From: Gekko japonicus
Lineage: Eukaryota
DNA length: 64,000 bases
Direction: 5' to 3'
NCBI RefSeq assembly: GCF_001447785.1
Contig: NW_015171594.1
Coordinates: 84,877-148,876, forward strand
In this document: piece after piece, positions 12,449 through 24,746 of the stretch
Layout of the letters: each line of letters starts with the position of its first letter
How positions within the stretch are numbered: the stretch's first letter is position 1
Notes under the pieces: model-generated
Told to the model about the DNA's origin: nothing
Seen by the model: the letters and a program-made list of their open reading frames with translations, nothing else
Database searches by the model: none
Made by a program: the position numbers and the translations under genes

Positions 12449-14578
12449 TTGCGTCCGCTAGCTCATGCCCAGCCCAATTGTTTAGAACAATTTGGTCTTT
12501 GACAACTCTGCCACAGGGCAGACAAAATAGTAGGGAATTGGATATTGGCTGTGAGGCTTTTGCGAGCTATTTTGCGGATAAAGTCTTGGCGCTCCGCCAC
12601 CACCTCCCTGCCACAGTTGAAACAGTGAGCGAATTTGAGGCCCCTTGCACATCCTCGCAGTGTTTAGAATGTTTTGACCTGCTCAGTTTGGAGGAAGTTG
12701 ACAGATTGCTCGTATCTGTGTTGCCAACCACATGCCGCCTAGATCCGTGCCCTTCCTGGCTCATTAAGGCGGGCCACGAGGGGTTTCGAGGTGCCGTATG
12801 GGAGATTGTTAACAAATCCCTTGTTGAGGGATGGTTCCCTGAGGCACTTAAGGAGGGGATGGTCTGCCCTCTCTTGAAAAAACCAACTTCGGACCTGGCC
12901 GAATTGGCCAACTATTGGCCGGTGTCTAATTTGCCCTATTTGGGCAAACTGTTTGAGAGGGCGGTGGCGACACAGCTTCAGAGCTTTCTGGAGGACGCTT
13001 CTGTCCTGGATCCACTCCAGTCCAGCTTTCGCCCTGGCCATGGGATGGAGACGGCGCTGGTTGCCCTTACTGATGACCTCTGGAGGCACCTGGATCGAGG
13101 CAGTGTGGCGGCATTGGTGTTGTTAGATCTGTCGGCCGCGTTTGATACAGTCGACCACCAGCTGCTGACCCACCGCCTCACCGACGTGGGGATACAGGGG
13201 CTCGCTCTTCAATGGCTTGCCTCCTTTCTCCAAGGTCGGGGACAGAGGGTGGCGATAGGGGAACAGCCGTCCCGGAGGCACCCACTTGAATGTGGTGTGC
13301 CTCAGGGGGCAGTGCTTTCCCCAATGCTGTTTAACATCTACATGTGTCCCCTCGCCCAGATTGCCAGGAGATATGGGCTGGGTTGTCATCAATATGTAGA
13401 TGACACCCAGCTCTATCTGATGTTGGGCGGCCAGTCAGGCTCTGACCCAGAAGATCTGAACCGGGGATTACAAGCCGTGGCTGGGTGGCTCAGGCTGAAC
13501 CGGCTGAATTAAACCCAGCGAAGATGGAGGTCCTTGGCCTGAGCCGGAACGGTTTGGGGTTGGGGCTCCCTCTCCCGACCTTTGATGGGGTGCCTTTGGT
13601 GCCAGCGTCGGAGGTTAGGAGTTTGGGAGTGCTCCTGGATTCCTCCTTAACCATGGAGGCCCCGGTAGCAGCCACTGCCAGATCTGCTTTTTACCATCTG
13701 AGGCAAGTTTGGCAGTTGGCTCCCTTCCTCGACCATGATGACCTGGCTACAGTGATCCACACGACGGTCACCTCGAGGTTAGACTACTGTAACACTCTCT
13801 ACATGGGGCTGCCTTTGTCGCAGAGCCGAAAGCTGCAGCTAGTGCAGAATGCAGCGGCAAGGTTGCTGATGGGTCTCCCCAAGTGGGAGCACATCCGATC
13901 TGGGCTGAAGGCGTTGCACTGACTGCCAATAGCATACCGAATCCGCTTCAAATTGCTGGAACTTACCTTTAAAGCCCTATATGGCCAGGGTCCGACCTAC
14001 CTGAGGGACCGCCTTTTCCCGCACATACCCCCAAGAGCACTTCGGTCGGGGACCCAAAACCGTTTGGTGATTCCAGGCCCTCGGGAGGTAAAACTTGCTG
14101 CGACCAGGGCTAGATCCTTCTCAGTGGCGGCCCCTACCTGGTGGAATGAGCTCCCGGAGGAGATCAGGGCCCTGCGGGACCTTACGCAGTTCTGCAGGGC
14201 CTGCAAGACGGAGCTCTTCTGCCAGGCTTTCATATAGGGGCCGACGCTGCCATCACCACCAATGGTGGCAATACCATTGGGATTTGGGATCGCCCTGGGA
14301 AGCTCAGTCATACATTGTGCAGCATGAACAACATGGGATTGGAACGATCTGCTGGACAGTGGTACCCCAATGGGGCTGACTGGAAGATGCCACCATAACA
14401 TTTAAGACCATCTTGTCTACTGAAAGCACTTTATTAGTGTTATTACTGTTATATTTTTATAGTTATGATTTTAATGTTTTACTGGATTTTATATGTGGGC
14501 TTCTGCCCTCTTGTAAGTCTCGCTGAGCCTGCTCGTGGGGAGGGCGGGATAGAAATACCTAAATAAATAAATAAATAA
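12449..14578 (+). mobile_element. 5'-truncated L2-clade LINE (reverse transcriptase, disrupted)
   Basis: Motifs LLDLSAAFDTVDH, GVPQGAVLSPMLFN and YVDD. Frameshift near 13505 and stop at 13920. (TAAA)n tail. Empty site in copy A near 6474. Confidence 0.93.
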
Positions 14579-15149
14579 AATCATGTCCTTTGCAAAATCT
14601 TCTCCAATGCCACTAAATCTCACTTGGGCTTTGACACAAGCTGCACAATCTGAATTGGTTAGCCATTACTATCATGGAAACGGATGGAGACTGCAAAGCA
14701 GACAGAGAGAGGTAGAAGGCTGGCTGGCCCCAGTCAAGACTGACTACAGCAGTAACCACCATTTTGTTTCAGCCACTTTGTAGCTGTAACTCTGTACCTA
14801 GAAGGAGGGGGGGCAAACAAATAAAGAACTGGAGGTCTGTATTCAGTTATCAAAACAAATCATACTTAGTACAAGTGCTTATCTACAAGCAATGTGGTAA
14901 AAAGCAATATTCAAATGTTTTAATACAGTCATTTAAAAATAAATGAAAGAAAATACAGTGTTTTTAGTTTAGCAAAACTAGAGATTCATTGTAGGTGATG
15001 CACCATGTAAAGAGAGCATAGGTGCCAAGCTGGGTAACGTTCTCCACCGATCAAAGGCAGATAAGCACCATAAGCAAAGTCTCAGTGTGACTGAGGCAAA
15101 GTCTGGTTGTCACTTCAATACTGCATCTTTTGAGAGATGCTCTTTGTGG

Positions 15150-16082
15150 TCACCACCGTGTTACATTCACACCTGTTCTCTTCCTCAGAGCCACTTGGAT
15201 GTCTTTGTTTCTCAAGGTATAAATAATGGGATTTATAAGTGGTGGCAAAACTGCATACAAAACTGCAGCTAACAAGTCCACAGATGGAGATGACATCTCT
15301 TTTGGTCTCATGTAAGAAAACATGACAGTAAAAACAAACAGAGAAAACATTGTCAGGTGCGGGATGCAGGTGGAAAAAGCTTTATACTTCCCTTGGCCTG
15401 ACTGGATTTTGAACACAGTAGAGAAGATGTAACTGTAGGAAACCAAAATAAATGTAGAATAAACTGACCCCACAGTAAGAACACAGAGGAAAGTGAAGAT
15501 CTCATTGAACTTGGTATCCATGCAAGACAACCTTAACAATTGAGGGATATCACAGAAATATTGTTCAACTACATTGGACCAGCAGAAGTATAGCCTAAAT
15601 GTGTTTACTGTTTGAATTATCCCATTAATTAAACTGAAGACCAACGCAGCAGCTGCCATTTGGAAACAGGCATTCCAGTTCATGATCAGCGTGTACTGGA
15701 GAGGATGGCAGATAGCTACATAGCGGTCGTAAGCCATGACAGCAAGCAGGGAAATTTCTGCAGTGGCACATGCAACAACCAGGTAAACTTGGCTGACACA
15801 TCCTGCAAAAGAAATCCGATTGTCATTTATCAATGAAATGACCATGGATTTGGGAACGGTGGCGGAGATTAAGCAGGCATCTACTGATGACAAAACAGCC
15901 AGGAAAAAGTACATGGGAGTGTGAAGGTGAGGAACATGGGCCACGGACACAATGATGAGGAGATTTCCCATCAGAGTTGCCAAGTAGAGAAAGAGAAACA
16001 CCATAAAATGTAAAATCTGTAGCTCTCGCATATCAGAGAATTTTTGAAGGAGGAATTCTGTTACAACCGTCTGGTTTACCAT
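15150..16082 (-). CDS. Olfactory receptor (family 14-like), tandem copy C, intact 310 aa
   Basis: Full ORF with N-terminal NQT sequon, LHTPMYFFL, MAYDRYVAIC, KAFSTC and PIIYTLRNKD. Confidence 0.96.
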   Translation of the reverse strand: MVNQTVVTEFLLQKFSDMRELQILHFMVFLFLYLATLMGNLLIIVSVAHVPHLHTPMYFFLAVLSSVDACLISATVPKSMVISLINDNRISFAGCVSQVYLVVACATAEISLLAVMAYDRYVAICHPLQYTLIMNWNACFQMAAAALVFSLINGIIQTVNTFRLYFCWSNVVEQYFCDIPQLLRLSCMDTKFNEIFTFLCVLTVGSVYSTFILVSYSYIFSTVFKIQSGQGKYKAFSTCIPHLTMFSLFVFTVMFSYMRPKEMSSPSVDLLAAVLYAVLPPLINPIIYTLRNKDIQVALRKRTGVNVTRW

Positions 16083-16130
16083 TTGTTTGGTTGGGAAAAT
16101 GCTGTAGAGAGAGGAATTGAGAATGTTTAC

Positions 16131-17793
16131 CGATCCAATTCAAAGCCTTTTATTGGCATATATATAAAAATACAGTAATCTAAATACAAAATCATGCAGA
16201 GTGAAATGAAAATTGCAGAGTAACATCACAGAGTAACATCGTAATAAGAGTAGCATCATAGTAAAACCTAATTCATAATATCACTTATCAGGCCATGAGA
16301 CCATGGCACTGCAAAGAAACTTTGCTGCTATTTCAGTTATTTCTGTATCTGGATTATCAAGCAAGAAAAGGAGCTTAAAATCATCAGGGGTCTCTAAAAT
16401 GTGGCCTTATATAGAAGATCCTGACAGGATGCCAAATATAGAGGGCACTGGAGGAGGAAATGGGCGACAGTTTCAACACAGTCCCTCATACAAGGACAGC
16501 ACCTGCTAGGATAGGGAATCCCTTGGGATCTGCCGGATAAGATAGCTGAAGGGAGAACATTAAATCTAGACAAGGAATCCCTCTAAGCTGAGTTAGTGTG
16601 AGCTAGCTCACAGTTTTTTAGCCTCCGGCTCACACATTTTTGTCTCAGCTCAGGAAGGATGGCTCCAGAACACACTAATGTATGCAGTAGCCAAATCACC
16701 TGCACACAACTTTAATGCCGGTAGCTCACAAAGTAGAATTTTTGCTCACAGGTCTCTACAGCTTAGAGGGAACATTGGGATATGGCTCTACGCAAATTTG
16801 GAGCTATGAGTTGATAGAGGTATACTGCTGGAAGATTTGCATTAGGAACAATCCCGAAATTTAAGGGAGAACAGGTTCTGTTAGCCAGGCTATAAAGAGT
16901 TTGTAGCTCTGATCTCAATAAACTAGATTATTATTTTTTTTAAAGCCTCAGATTCAGAAAGCATATATAAGGATTCTAGAGACAAATTCAGGGAACTTAT
17001 TTTGGCTTCGATGTAAGAACGAGTAGATTCAGAAAGTAGTTGGTGCGTATAACTGAAGGGGTCAGAGTTGAAATGGAGTCGTAACCAAAATTTAATAGTG
17101 TGGATCCATGCCTTAGTAGCCAGCAAATTCTGACCACACTCCAAACATAAAGCAGCATATGGGACACACATAGGTACCCACATGATCTTTCGCAGAAAGG
17201 TAGAGTGGACACGTTCGACTGAAATGTCCATTGCGTCAATCCGGAGAGGTACCACATACAGTTCCAGTTTTAGCATTGAAGGCTTCAAGAGCAGCTTGCA
17301 CATACTGGTTACCTCGAACAGAAACATAAAAGCGAGAAATTGCTGCAGCACTAACTTTAGCTACATTAGTAGCCACTCTGCGATGGTAGGTCCAAGTAGC
17401 ATTGGTTTGAAAATAAATGCCCAGATATTTGAAGTGCTTAACCTGTTCAAGTCTGTTGCTATTAATAATCCACTTATAAGATTTTCGGGAATAGGGAACA
17501 ACTAATACCTTTGATTTTTCATAATTCAACTCCAATCTGTTAATCACACTATATTCATGGCAACGGTTCAGTAAATGGTTTAATCCAACATGAGAAGTAG
17601 ACAAAAGAACTGTGTCATCTGCATATAATAAAAAGGGAATAAGAGAAGAGCCAGGTCTAGGGCTATAGCCATCAACTAATGACAGAAAAGGGGCAAGGTC
17701 ATTTTAAAAAGGTTAAACAGATGAGGGGCTAAAACGCACCCCTGCTTTACCCCTTTCCTAATACAGATCTTGGGGGAAAGTCTCCCAGACATA
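16131..17793 (-). mobile_element. Degenerate RTE/RTE-X-like LINE (RT domain to 3' end), cut by the assembly gap
   Basis: Minus strand encodes GVKQGCVLAPHLFN (about 17750), LLYADDT (about 17620) and LEQVKHFKYLGIYF. Absent from copies A and B. Confidence 0.8.
16578..16777. mobile_element. hAT MITE (same family as 1881-2083) nested in the LINE
   Basis: tccctctaagctgagttagtgtgagc ... cagcttagagggaacattg; the left tip is clipped. Confidence 0.85.
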
Positions 17794-17931
17794 NNNNNNN
17801 NNNNNNNNNNNNNNNNNNNNNNNNNNNNNNNNNNNNNNNNNNNNNNNNNNNNNNNNNNNNNNNNNNNNNNNNNNNNNNNNNNNNNNNNNNNNNNNNNNNN
17901 NNNNNNNNNNNNNNNNNNNNNNNNNNNNNNN
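17794..17931. other. Assembly gap (N run)
   Basis: 138 N characters. Confidence 1.
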
Positions 17932-19519
17932 GCAGCCTTATAGAAATGTACTAAAAAGTCAAATAAAATTCACATTTGTCAAATGGTTTCCAAACTGAAG
18001 CAGTCATATATGACAGCACATTGTAATGCCCTGCCCAAAGCACAGACAAAGGGTTGCTTCCTTTAGACCTCTCCAGAACAGTGTTTTTGCAATGGTCCCT
18101 TGCTGGTGATAGCTTCATTGTCACATGTCTTTTCCTAGTGTTCAAAATATGCTTCAGCCTGAGAGAATTTTTTTGTAAAGTGACTTTTAAAATATTTGAA
18201 CACTTCAGATGTTCATAAATAAATATTATTTTTAAGTAAACTTGCACAATTCAAGTAGCTAAATTCAGCTTTGTGGTTATTTCCAGTTCCTAAATGCTCC
18301 TTGGTGTGTGGCCTATGGCTATTAAGTCTGAATAAAGTGTATTTGTCAAAGGTATATGCAAGGTGAGAAGGGAAGAAGTTGCAGATATCCAGTGAACATG
18401 TGCTTGTAAGTCTTCTGGCCTGTCCCAGCATGGATTCACATATGTTCAAGATGAATTTCTCACCATGAACACCAGAGGGTCATAACATTTCAGGCAGAGA
18501 GTTAGCACCATAGATTTTTTTAAAAAAAGACTTAAGTAAGGCTATAATATGACTTCCTTTTTTCATAGGGCGAGATACACCAGATCTAGCCTTGAACAGC
18601 TAACTTGTGGCTCCCAGTATTTGGTACTTAAAGAGAATGTTGGTCAGGGACGTTAGGAGAGAGATGGGGAGCTGATGGACCTTTTCCCAGCCATCACTAT
18701 CCCCTTCCCAGCATGGCTCCCAGTCACTTTTCCTCTTCTTGTCCTCCAACCACAAGACTAAAAAGGAAGGACTGATCTCCCACTCATCATTTCTTTCCTG
18801 AAAATGCCCACCTCTGCATTCAGGTTTATATTTAAGCACAGGTGTTTTTTTTTGGGGGGGGGATTTCTGATGTGCTTGACAGAAATGTGATAGACAGATC
18901 CTGATGTGTTAGACAGAAATAAAACAACCACCTGATCATATACATCTCACAAAACTAAATAAGATTACTGACCTCTTTGCTTTTTTTAGAGTTGCTGGAC
19001 TTGAATGTAAAGAGATGGCGGGGAACTGGGAGAAGATGTAATTGTATGGAGGAGATCGCCTCATCTATTCTCCTGTTAGAGTTTCAAGGGTCTGTTCTCC
19101 AAAGCTGTACATTTGTAGCAATAGAGACCCAGAGGGAAAAATCAAAGCAGCTCCTGAACAAGATGCCTACACCCACAAGGGAGATTGTGCTGCCCTGGTC
19201 CCTCCAAGGATAGTTTGCAACCTTTCATTGAACACTGAAAGCTGGCACTGAAACCAAGCCAAGCAATGGGTTCCAACAAATGGGAGTCAGCAAATGTGAA
19301 GAGAATCTCTCCCTCAGTACCAACGCACTCTTCAGATGCACCAGTATTTCTGAGTTCCTTCTTTCGGGACATTCTTGAGGAAGGGACTTTCAGGGCAACT
19401 TATATTGTTAATGCCAGGCATCTTGGCAATCAGGCTTGCTATTTGACCTCTGGGGGCAGGAGACCTGCTGCCTCCAGCTCCAGTTGCCCACTGATACTTG
19501 GCTGGCAGAGGTGGGGGGA

Positions 19520-19782
19520 GGAGAGTAGAGTAGATTGGATTTATATCCCACCCTTCACTCAGAGTCTCAGAGTGGCTCACAAACTCCTTTCCCTTCCCCT
19601 CCCCACAACAGACCCCCTGTCAGGTAGGTGGGGCTGAGAGAGCTCTGAGAGAACTGCTTATGTGAAAACAGCTCTGACAGAACTATGGCTTGCCCAAGGT
19701 CATCTAGCAGCTGCAAGTGGAGGAGTGGGGAATCAAACCTGGTTCTCCCAAATTAGAGTCCACACACTTAACCACTACACAA
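19520..19782 (-). mobile_element. tRNA-derived SINE (Squam3-like)
   Basis: Minus strand begins gtgtagtggttaag...ggtttgattcccc (A and B boxes). Absent from copies A and B. Second copy at 27350-27625. Confidence 0.85.
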
Positions 19783-20574
19783 TACTGGATGGAAAATGAC
19801 TGGTGAAATATAACATTATGTCACTTCTGGGGAAAACATGGAAATGACACCATGCATCTTTAAGAATTTTTACGAATTCCAAGTTAAAACTATAGAGGAA
19901 ACAACAATATACAAGTCCTTCAATACCAATTAATATAGCCACCAAATACATGTTGTACACATCATTCCACCAATGGCTAAATGTCAAACTAGGACTTGGG
20001 AGACCTGAATTTGAATCCCCATTTTTGATTAAATATACTAGCTGACCTTATACTGATCATTCAGTTTAAGCCTAACCTAACAGAGTTCTTGTGAAGATCA
20101 AATGGAGGAGAGGAGAACCATGTAATCTGTTCTGAGCTCCTTGAAGGAAGAATTGGATAAAAATAATCCAGACAAATGAATGAATCAATGTTTTGTTCTA
20201 AGGATGATCATGACATTTCTTTAGTCAAAATGCCACTCAGATATCGAGTTTCTGCATTATGTGAATATCTGTGCAGAGAACACTACCTGAGATACCATTT
20301 TTTTTTTAAAAAAAAATATCTAGACTTTAAGAACATCAATGACCAGTTCACTCAATTTTTCAGTTCATTTTTTTCACCTTATGACAACCTAGCCCACTTC
20401 CCTCCTTCTGTTTTTCTCTCCCTTTCTGACTGAGCAGCCCTTTTTATCTATTTTCTTCTTTTCTGAAGAACTGTGGCTGTTCCACCCTGTCACAGTATAT
20501 TTTGCTGAGGCCAGAAAGTTGAGGGAAGGGACAAGATCACCCATTTAACTTAAACTTCAGAACTGACACTCAAG

Positions 20575-21411
20575 AAGCTTTTTTAAAGTTCAAAAATTAC
20601 AAAATATTTTATTCAACAGAGGGGAAAAGGTCAGGTGAAACTGGGGTAAAATGTCTGCGGTAAATTAATAATGAGCTCTGAGGTAAATCAGAATAGGCAC
20701 AGACTACAGTTAATATATTTCAAGCAAACTGAGAGTTTTTTGAGTTTTTAACAGTGACTTAGAATCTTTAAAATGAAAGGCTTTTGTTTCAATGTTTCTT
20801 TACTTTATATAGCTAATGTGTACACTTAGCCAAAAGGCAATGTTTCTTAAGCACTCCAATATACTTTATGAGCATATCTGACTTGTTTGGTTTCCAGAAG
20901 GCAGGGATACACTATCCAGTACCCAAATTCCTTCACTAAACACACCAGTACATTTTCTTGAGTTTTACTGATTCTTTAGGTTTTAAAAAGGCAGTCTCTC
21001 TAACTACACCAAACCAGGGATTATTCACTCCTTAGGGCTCTCTCCCTATTTTTAACCAAGTAGGGAATTTCTCTCACTAGAAGATCCATCCCTTTTTCTG
21101 GCCCAAATGGGTTTCTTCACCAATCTACCCACTCCTCTTTGACAACTTTCCCAATTCTCCATCCATGTTAAACTGCTCTCAGTCAGGGTTAAACTAAAAT
21201 CCAGTCAGTACTAAACCCTTCTCAGTCAGGGCTAAAACACAGACTGAATTAGCATTCAGTTCTGAAGTCTTTCTCTGCTTAACTGATGCCAACCAATCAA
21301 ATTCCATTTAGCAGCCTGTCACTCAAGGCTCTCTGGCTCTGTGAGGAATTAACCCCTCACAGTCCATTACCTGTTTATCAGCACTTCTTCTAAAAGTGTA
21401 GTCTGTCATAC
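20575..21411 (-). mobile_element. Possible LTR fragment at the edge of the triplicated unit
   Basis: Minus strand starts TGTATGAC and has AATAAA near its other end. It coincides with the loss of paralog homology. Confidence 0.35.
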
Positions 21412-22519
21412 ACCCCTTCTCAGTTAACTGTACACTTGAGCATATTTTCAGCTCAGTGGGGGCTGAGTTTGCTACCCATCCCTTGGAGAATTACAGTCAC
21501 CAGACATGGGAATGAGGACCAGTAATAGCCAGTGGAAAAAACACTATTTAAATCTGTCCTAGCTTACCCAGCATGATTTTGCTGCAGAGTTTGAACATGG
21601 GCAGCAACATTCTTCTGTCCGTTCAGCTAAGTCTATCCACTGCATGAGCAAATGGTCTTGCATAAGCTCCTGTGAAAGGTTTAGCGAATGATATTGTGTT
21701 TTCACTATTACTGCGGAAGTCATAGGGAGCAGAATCCTGCTGATTGACAATGTACAGATGTCACAAAAGCACTTTCGGCATGAACCTGGAAGTGACATCA
21801 CCACATTGGGGTGACGCTCTTGGATTCACCCAAAATCCATAGTTCATAATATAGACTTTCTGCTGAATCCTATAGCATCACTCACAAGCAGTGACATCAT
21901 TTCCATGTTTACTCAGTAAGTGATGTCACAGTGTTGGCACAACTCCAGTTTCACCCCTAGTGCTGCTCCTGATGCTCCACCAAGCAGCAGCAGCAGAAGC
22001 AACGGTGTCCAAGGCAGGAAGTCTCCCCTACAGTGGGAGATGCAACCACCCTACTGTGAGGGTGGAATATATAAATGACCTAGTCCCACATTATTATCTC
22101 CATTGCATCAGACATTTTAAGAAAAGTTCCAATGGGGTAAGTGGTTGTCCATTTTTAACTCAGTTTCCTGTAGCAAGCAATGTAGTGATACTTATCCATA
22201 CTAGAATGTAGGCAGGCTAACAGCAGTAATTTTCTGTTCAGTACCTGGAAGTGGGTCAAAATATTGATGGGAATCATGCAGTATCCTTGATTCAGAAGTC
22301 CTTATATCTGATCTCAAAGGGATAGGCACAGTGCAGCCAAAGCAAAAGTCTCATGTCCCCTTCAATACGCAATCATTTATCTGGTTGGAGCCAATCAGCT
22401 TTGTTGCTGGTGAAAAGGGAAGACAAGGTCCCCTTTGACCAATAAAAAGAGTTATGCTGGAGATCATGGGATCTATTCATACAAAAGCCATGTGAAAAGA
22501 AGTTGGTAGTAACTGTGAC

Positions 22520-23115
22520 ACTATTCGTCCCCCTGGGATTTTTTATTACTTAAGAGCTATATAGATTTTTAATGTGTTGTGCTTTCCCCCCTTCATTTAC
22601 CTGATATGTGATGGGAAACTATAGCTCTGAATCACCAGCACAACCAATGCATTTCTCCTTGGTCAACCTATATTTTTAAAAAACTTCTGCTCTATTTCAA
22701 CCACAGTTCCATAATCCCTAGGGAAACCTTTAATGCAGCAAAATGCTGTAGGTGGAAGGGTGCAGCTGAATGTAGCAGCTGGCCTCCCGCTCCTGATCAG
22801 CTGCCCAGATTTCCTACGAGCTGATGGTTTCTTTTACCTCATTTGAAATTAATGGGGCTGAGGCAAATTAATGCACAGCGTAATCTGCTGCAATTGTCTC
22901 ATGTTAGAGTCTCCTGAGAAATGGGTATGCCAGAATGACTGACATAATTAATATTTGAAGAGGTGGAGCAGGAAAATTCTCCTTACACCTACTGACACCA
23001 GACAGTTGGCTCATCAGTCCTCTTTCCTTGGCCTATCCTAGTTTTGGCACCTGCCCTCATCTCTAAAATGGAACTTACTTCGATGAACAAGCATGGAACA
23101 TCCCTAGAGGGACTG
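22520..23115. promoter_or_regulatory. Candidate OR promoter/enhancer: cluster of O/E (EBF) and homeodomain motifs
   Basis: CCCCCTGGGA at 22529, TCCCTAGGGA at 22715, TCTCCTGAGA at 22910 and TCCCTAGAGG at 23101. TAAT cores near 22731, 22850, 22869 and 22946. Confidence 0.5.
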
Positions 23116-23767
23116 TATCATCAAGACTTCCCGGGTGGCTGTAGTCAATTTTGTAGTCAAGAGACTTTTTCAATTTCTCCCTCTGGGACATGTGGAACTA
23201 TGGAAAACAAATAACTGAAATGCAAACAAAAAAAGATGAGGCAATCTCATACATGCAGTCCAACCCCATCTACTTACAGCCAAGTCCAGTCATTCTAAAA
23301 AGAAGACGCAAACCGGTCATTAATCTTATTAGGTTGTTCTGTGAAAGGTATCTGGGCAGAGAAGATGTTTCCTTTCTGGCTAGCACATCAGAACCTCAGT
23401 TCTGCATCAAAGATCAATTCAGAAATGAATAGTATCTCCAAAGTAACAGAATTCTATCAGGAGATAATGGAAGGTGTTGATGGAGATGCATGGTGCAGGT
23501 AAAACAAAAATCTGAAGAACTTTTAAAGGTATGTTCTGTGTCTTGGGAGGACAATTCACTTTTCACATTCACAAAGCATTTTTCTGCCTTGGAGCCTGGC
23601 TGGAGTATAAGATGGGGGAAAGTGACTGGAGACCATGTTGTGGAGTGGAAGCTATAGATGGCAAAGGATTACATATCCAGTTTTTCATCTGTCTCCTAAT
23701 ATCCCCCTCCCACATTCACTTTCAAGCACCAAATACTGAGCTGGGAAAACCTTGTTTGCTGTTCAAG

Positions 23768-23948
23768 CAGGCCCATAGCTAAAGTGGGGCATCTCGGGGC
23801 TATGCCCCCTGACTTGCTGGCAAAGCCCCCTGACTTCCCATCCAGCCCAGGGTCTCACGGCCATCTCCCTCAGATTAAATTGATTAGCCGGTGCCCCCTA
23901 AGAAATTTAAATGCCCCCCTGATTTAAAAAATCCTGGCTATGGGTCTG
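23768..23948. mobile_element. hAT MITE, 181 bp
   Basis: TIRs caggcccatagc / gctatgggtctg. Perfect 8-bp TSD tgttcaag. Confidence 0.9.
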
Positions 23949-24079
23949 TGTTCAAGGCTAGTTCTAGTGTTTTTGACACCTTGGAAAAGACTTACAGATG
24001 GTATATTTTTAATTGATTTTAAGAAAAAAAAAAACCACCCATGATGATGTCTGTAGAGTTTCAATCTACTGCTTGATCT

Positions 24080-24490
24080 TCTTGAGGAAAGGCTGAAAGA
24101 GTTGGGTATGTTTAGCCTGGGAAAGAGAAGGCTTAGAGAGGACATGATTGCAGTCTTCAAGTATTTTAAGGGCTGTCATGTAGAAGATGGAGTGGATCTA
24201 TTCTCTTTTGCTCCAGATTGCAAGACTAGATCTAATGGGTGGAAATTACAAGGGAGTCGTTACCGGCTAAATATCAGGAGAAACTTCCTAATGTAAGAGT
24301 GGTTGAGCAGTGGAACAGTCTGCCTCGGGAGGTGGTGGATGCTCCTTCGCTGGACGTTTTCAAGCGGAGGCTGGACGACCATCTTTTGCATATGTTGTAG
24401 GGCTATCTTTTTACTATGCTCCTGCAGAGTTCAGGGAGTTGGACTAGATGACCTGCAAGGTCCCTTTCAACTCTAACATTCTATGATTCT
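24080..24490 (+). mobile_element. CR1 LINE 3' fragment
   Basis: LGMFSLGKRRLREDMIAVFKY...RLNIRRNFL followed by an attctatgattct tail. Confidence 0.92.
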
Positions 24491-24746
24491 GCTTTTCAAG
24501 CATAGGGGAGAACTTCTTCTTAGAATATACTGAGGACACTGGGACACTCAAAAGCTGCACATTTGCAACTAAACATTCTATTTCTCACTTTGTGTCTACA
24601 TTTGACAACACATGGCTTTTTAGTTGCCTTCTTAAGTGGACTTAAGGCTACTCATGATAAATGCATCATGGAAACAAACAAAAGTACACATATTTGTACA
24701 TCTCATTTATTCCTTTCTCTCTGCAGAACTTTCCACAAGCAAACAC

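Larger units (their letters stand above)
1..20573. repeat. Tandem triplication of an OR gene plus upstream flank (offsets about 7150 and 8100 bp)
   Basis: Position 11 aligns to 7161 and about 15259. The flank at 1077 aligns to 8223 and about 18232. Homology of copy C ends near 20573 (cactcaaga). Confidence 0.95.

Noticed and set aside
12337-13512. RT ORF as a novel or domesticated reverse transcriptase system
   Set aside because: It is an ordinary 5'-truncated L2 with YVDD, a frameshift and a stop, and the sister copy shows an empty site.
24636-24746. N-terminal extensions of the OR ORFs at 24636 and 33751
   Set aside because: They use non-ATG starts and cross splice acceptors. Paralog alignment places the starts at 24747 and 33814.
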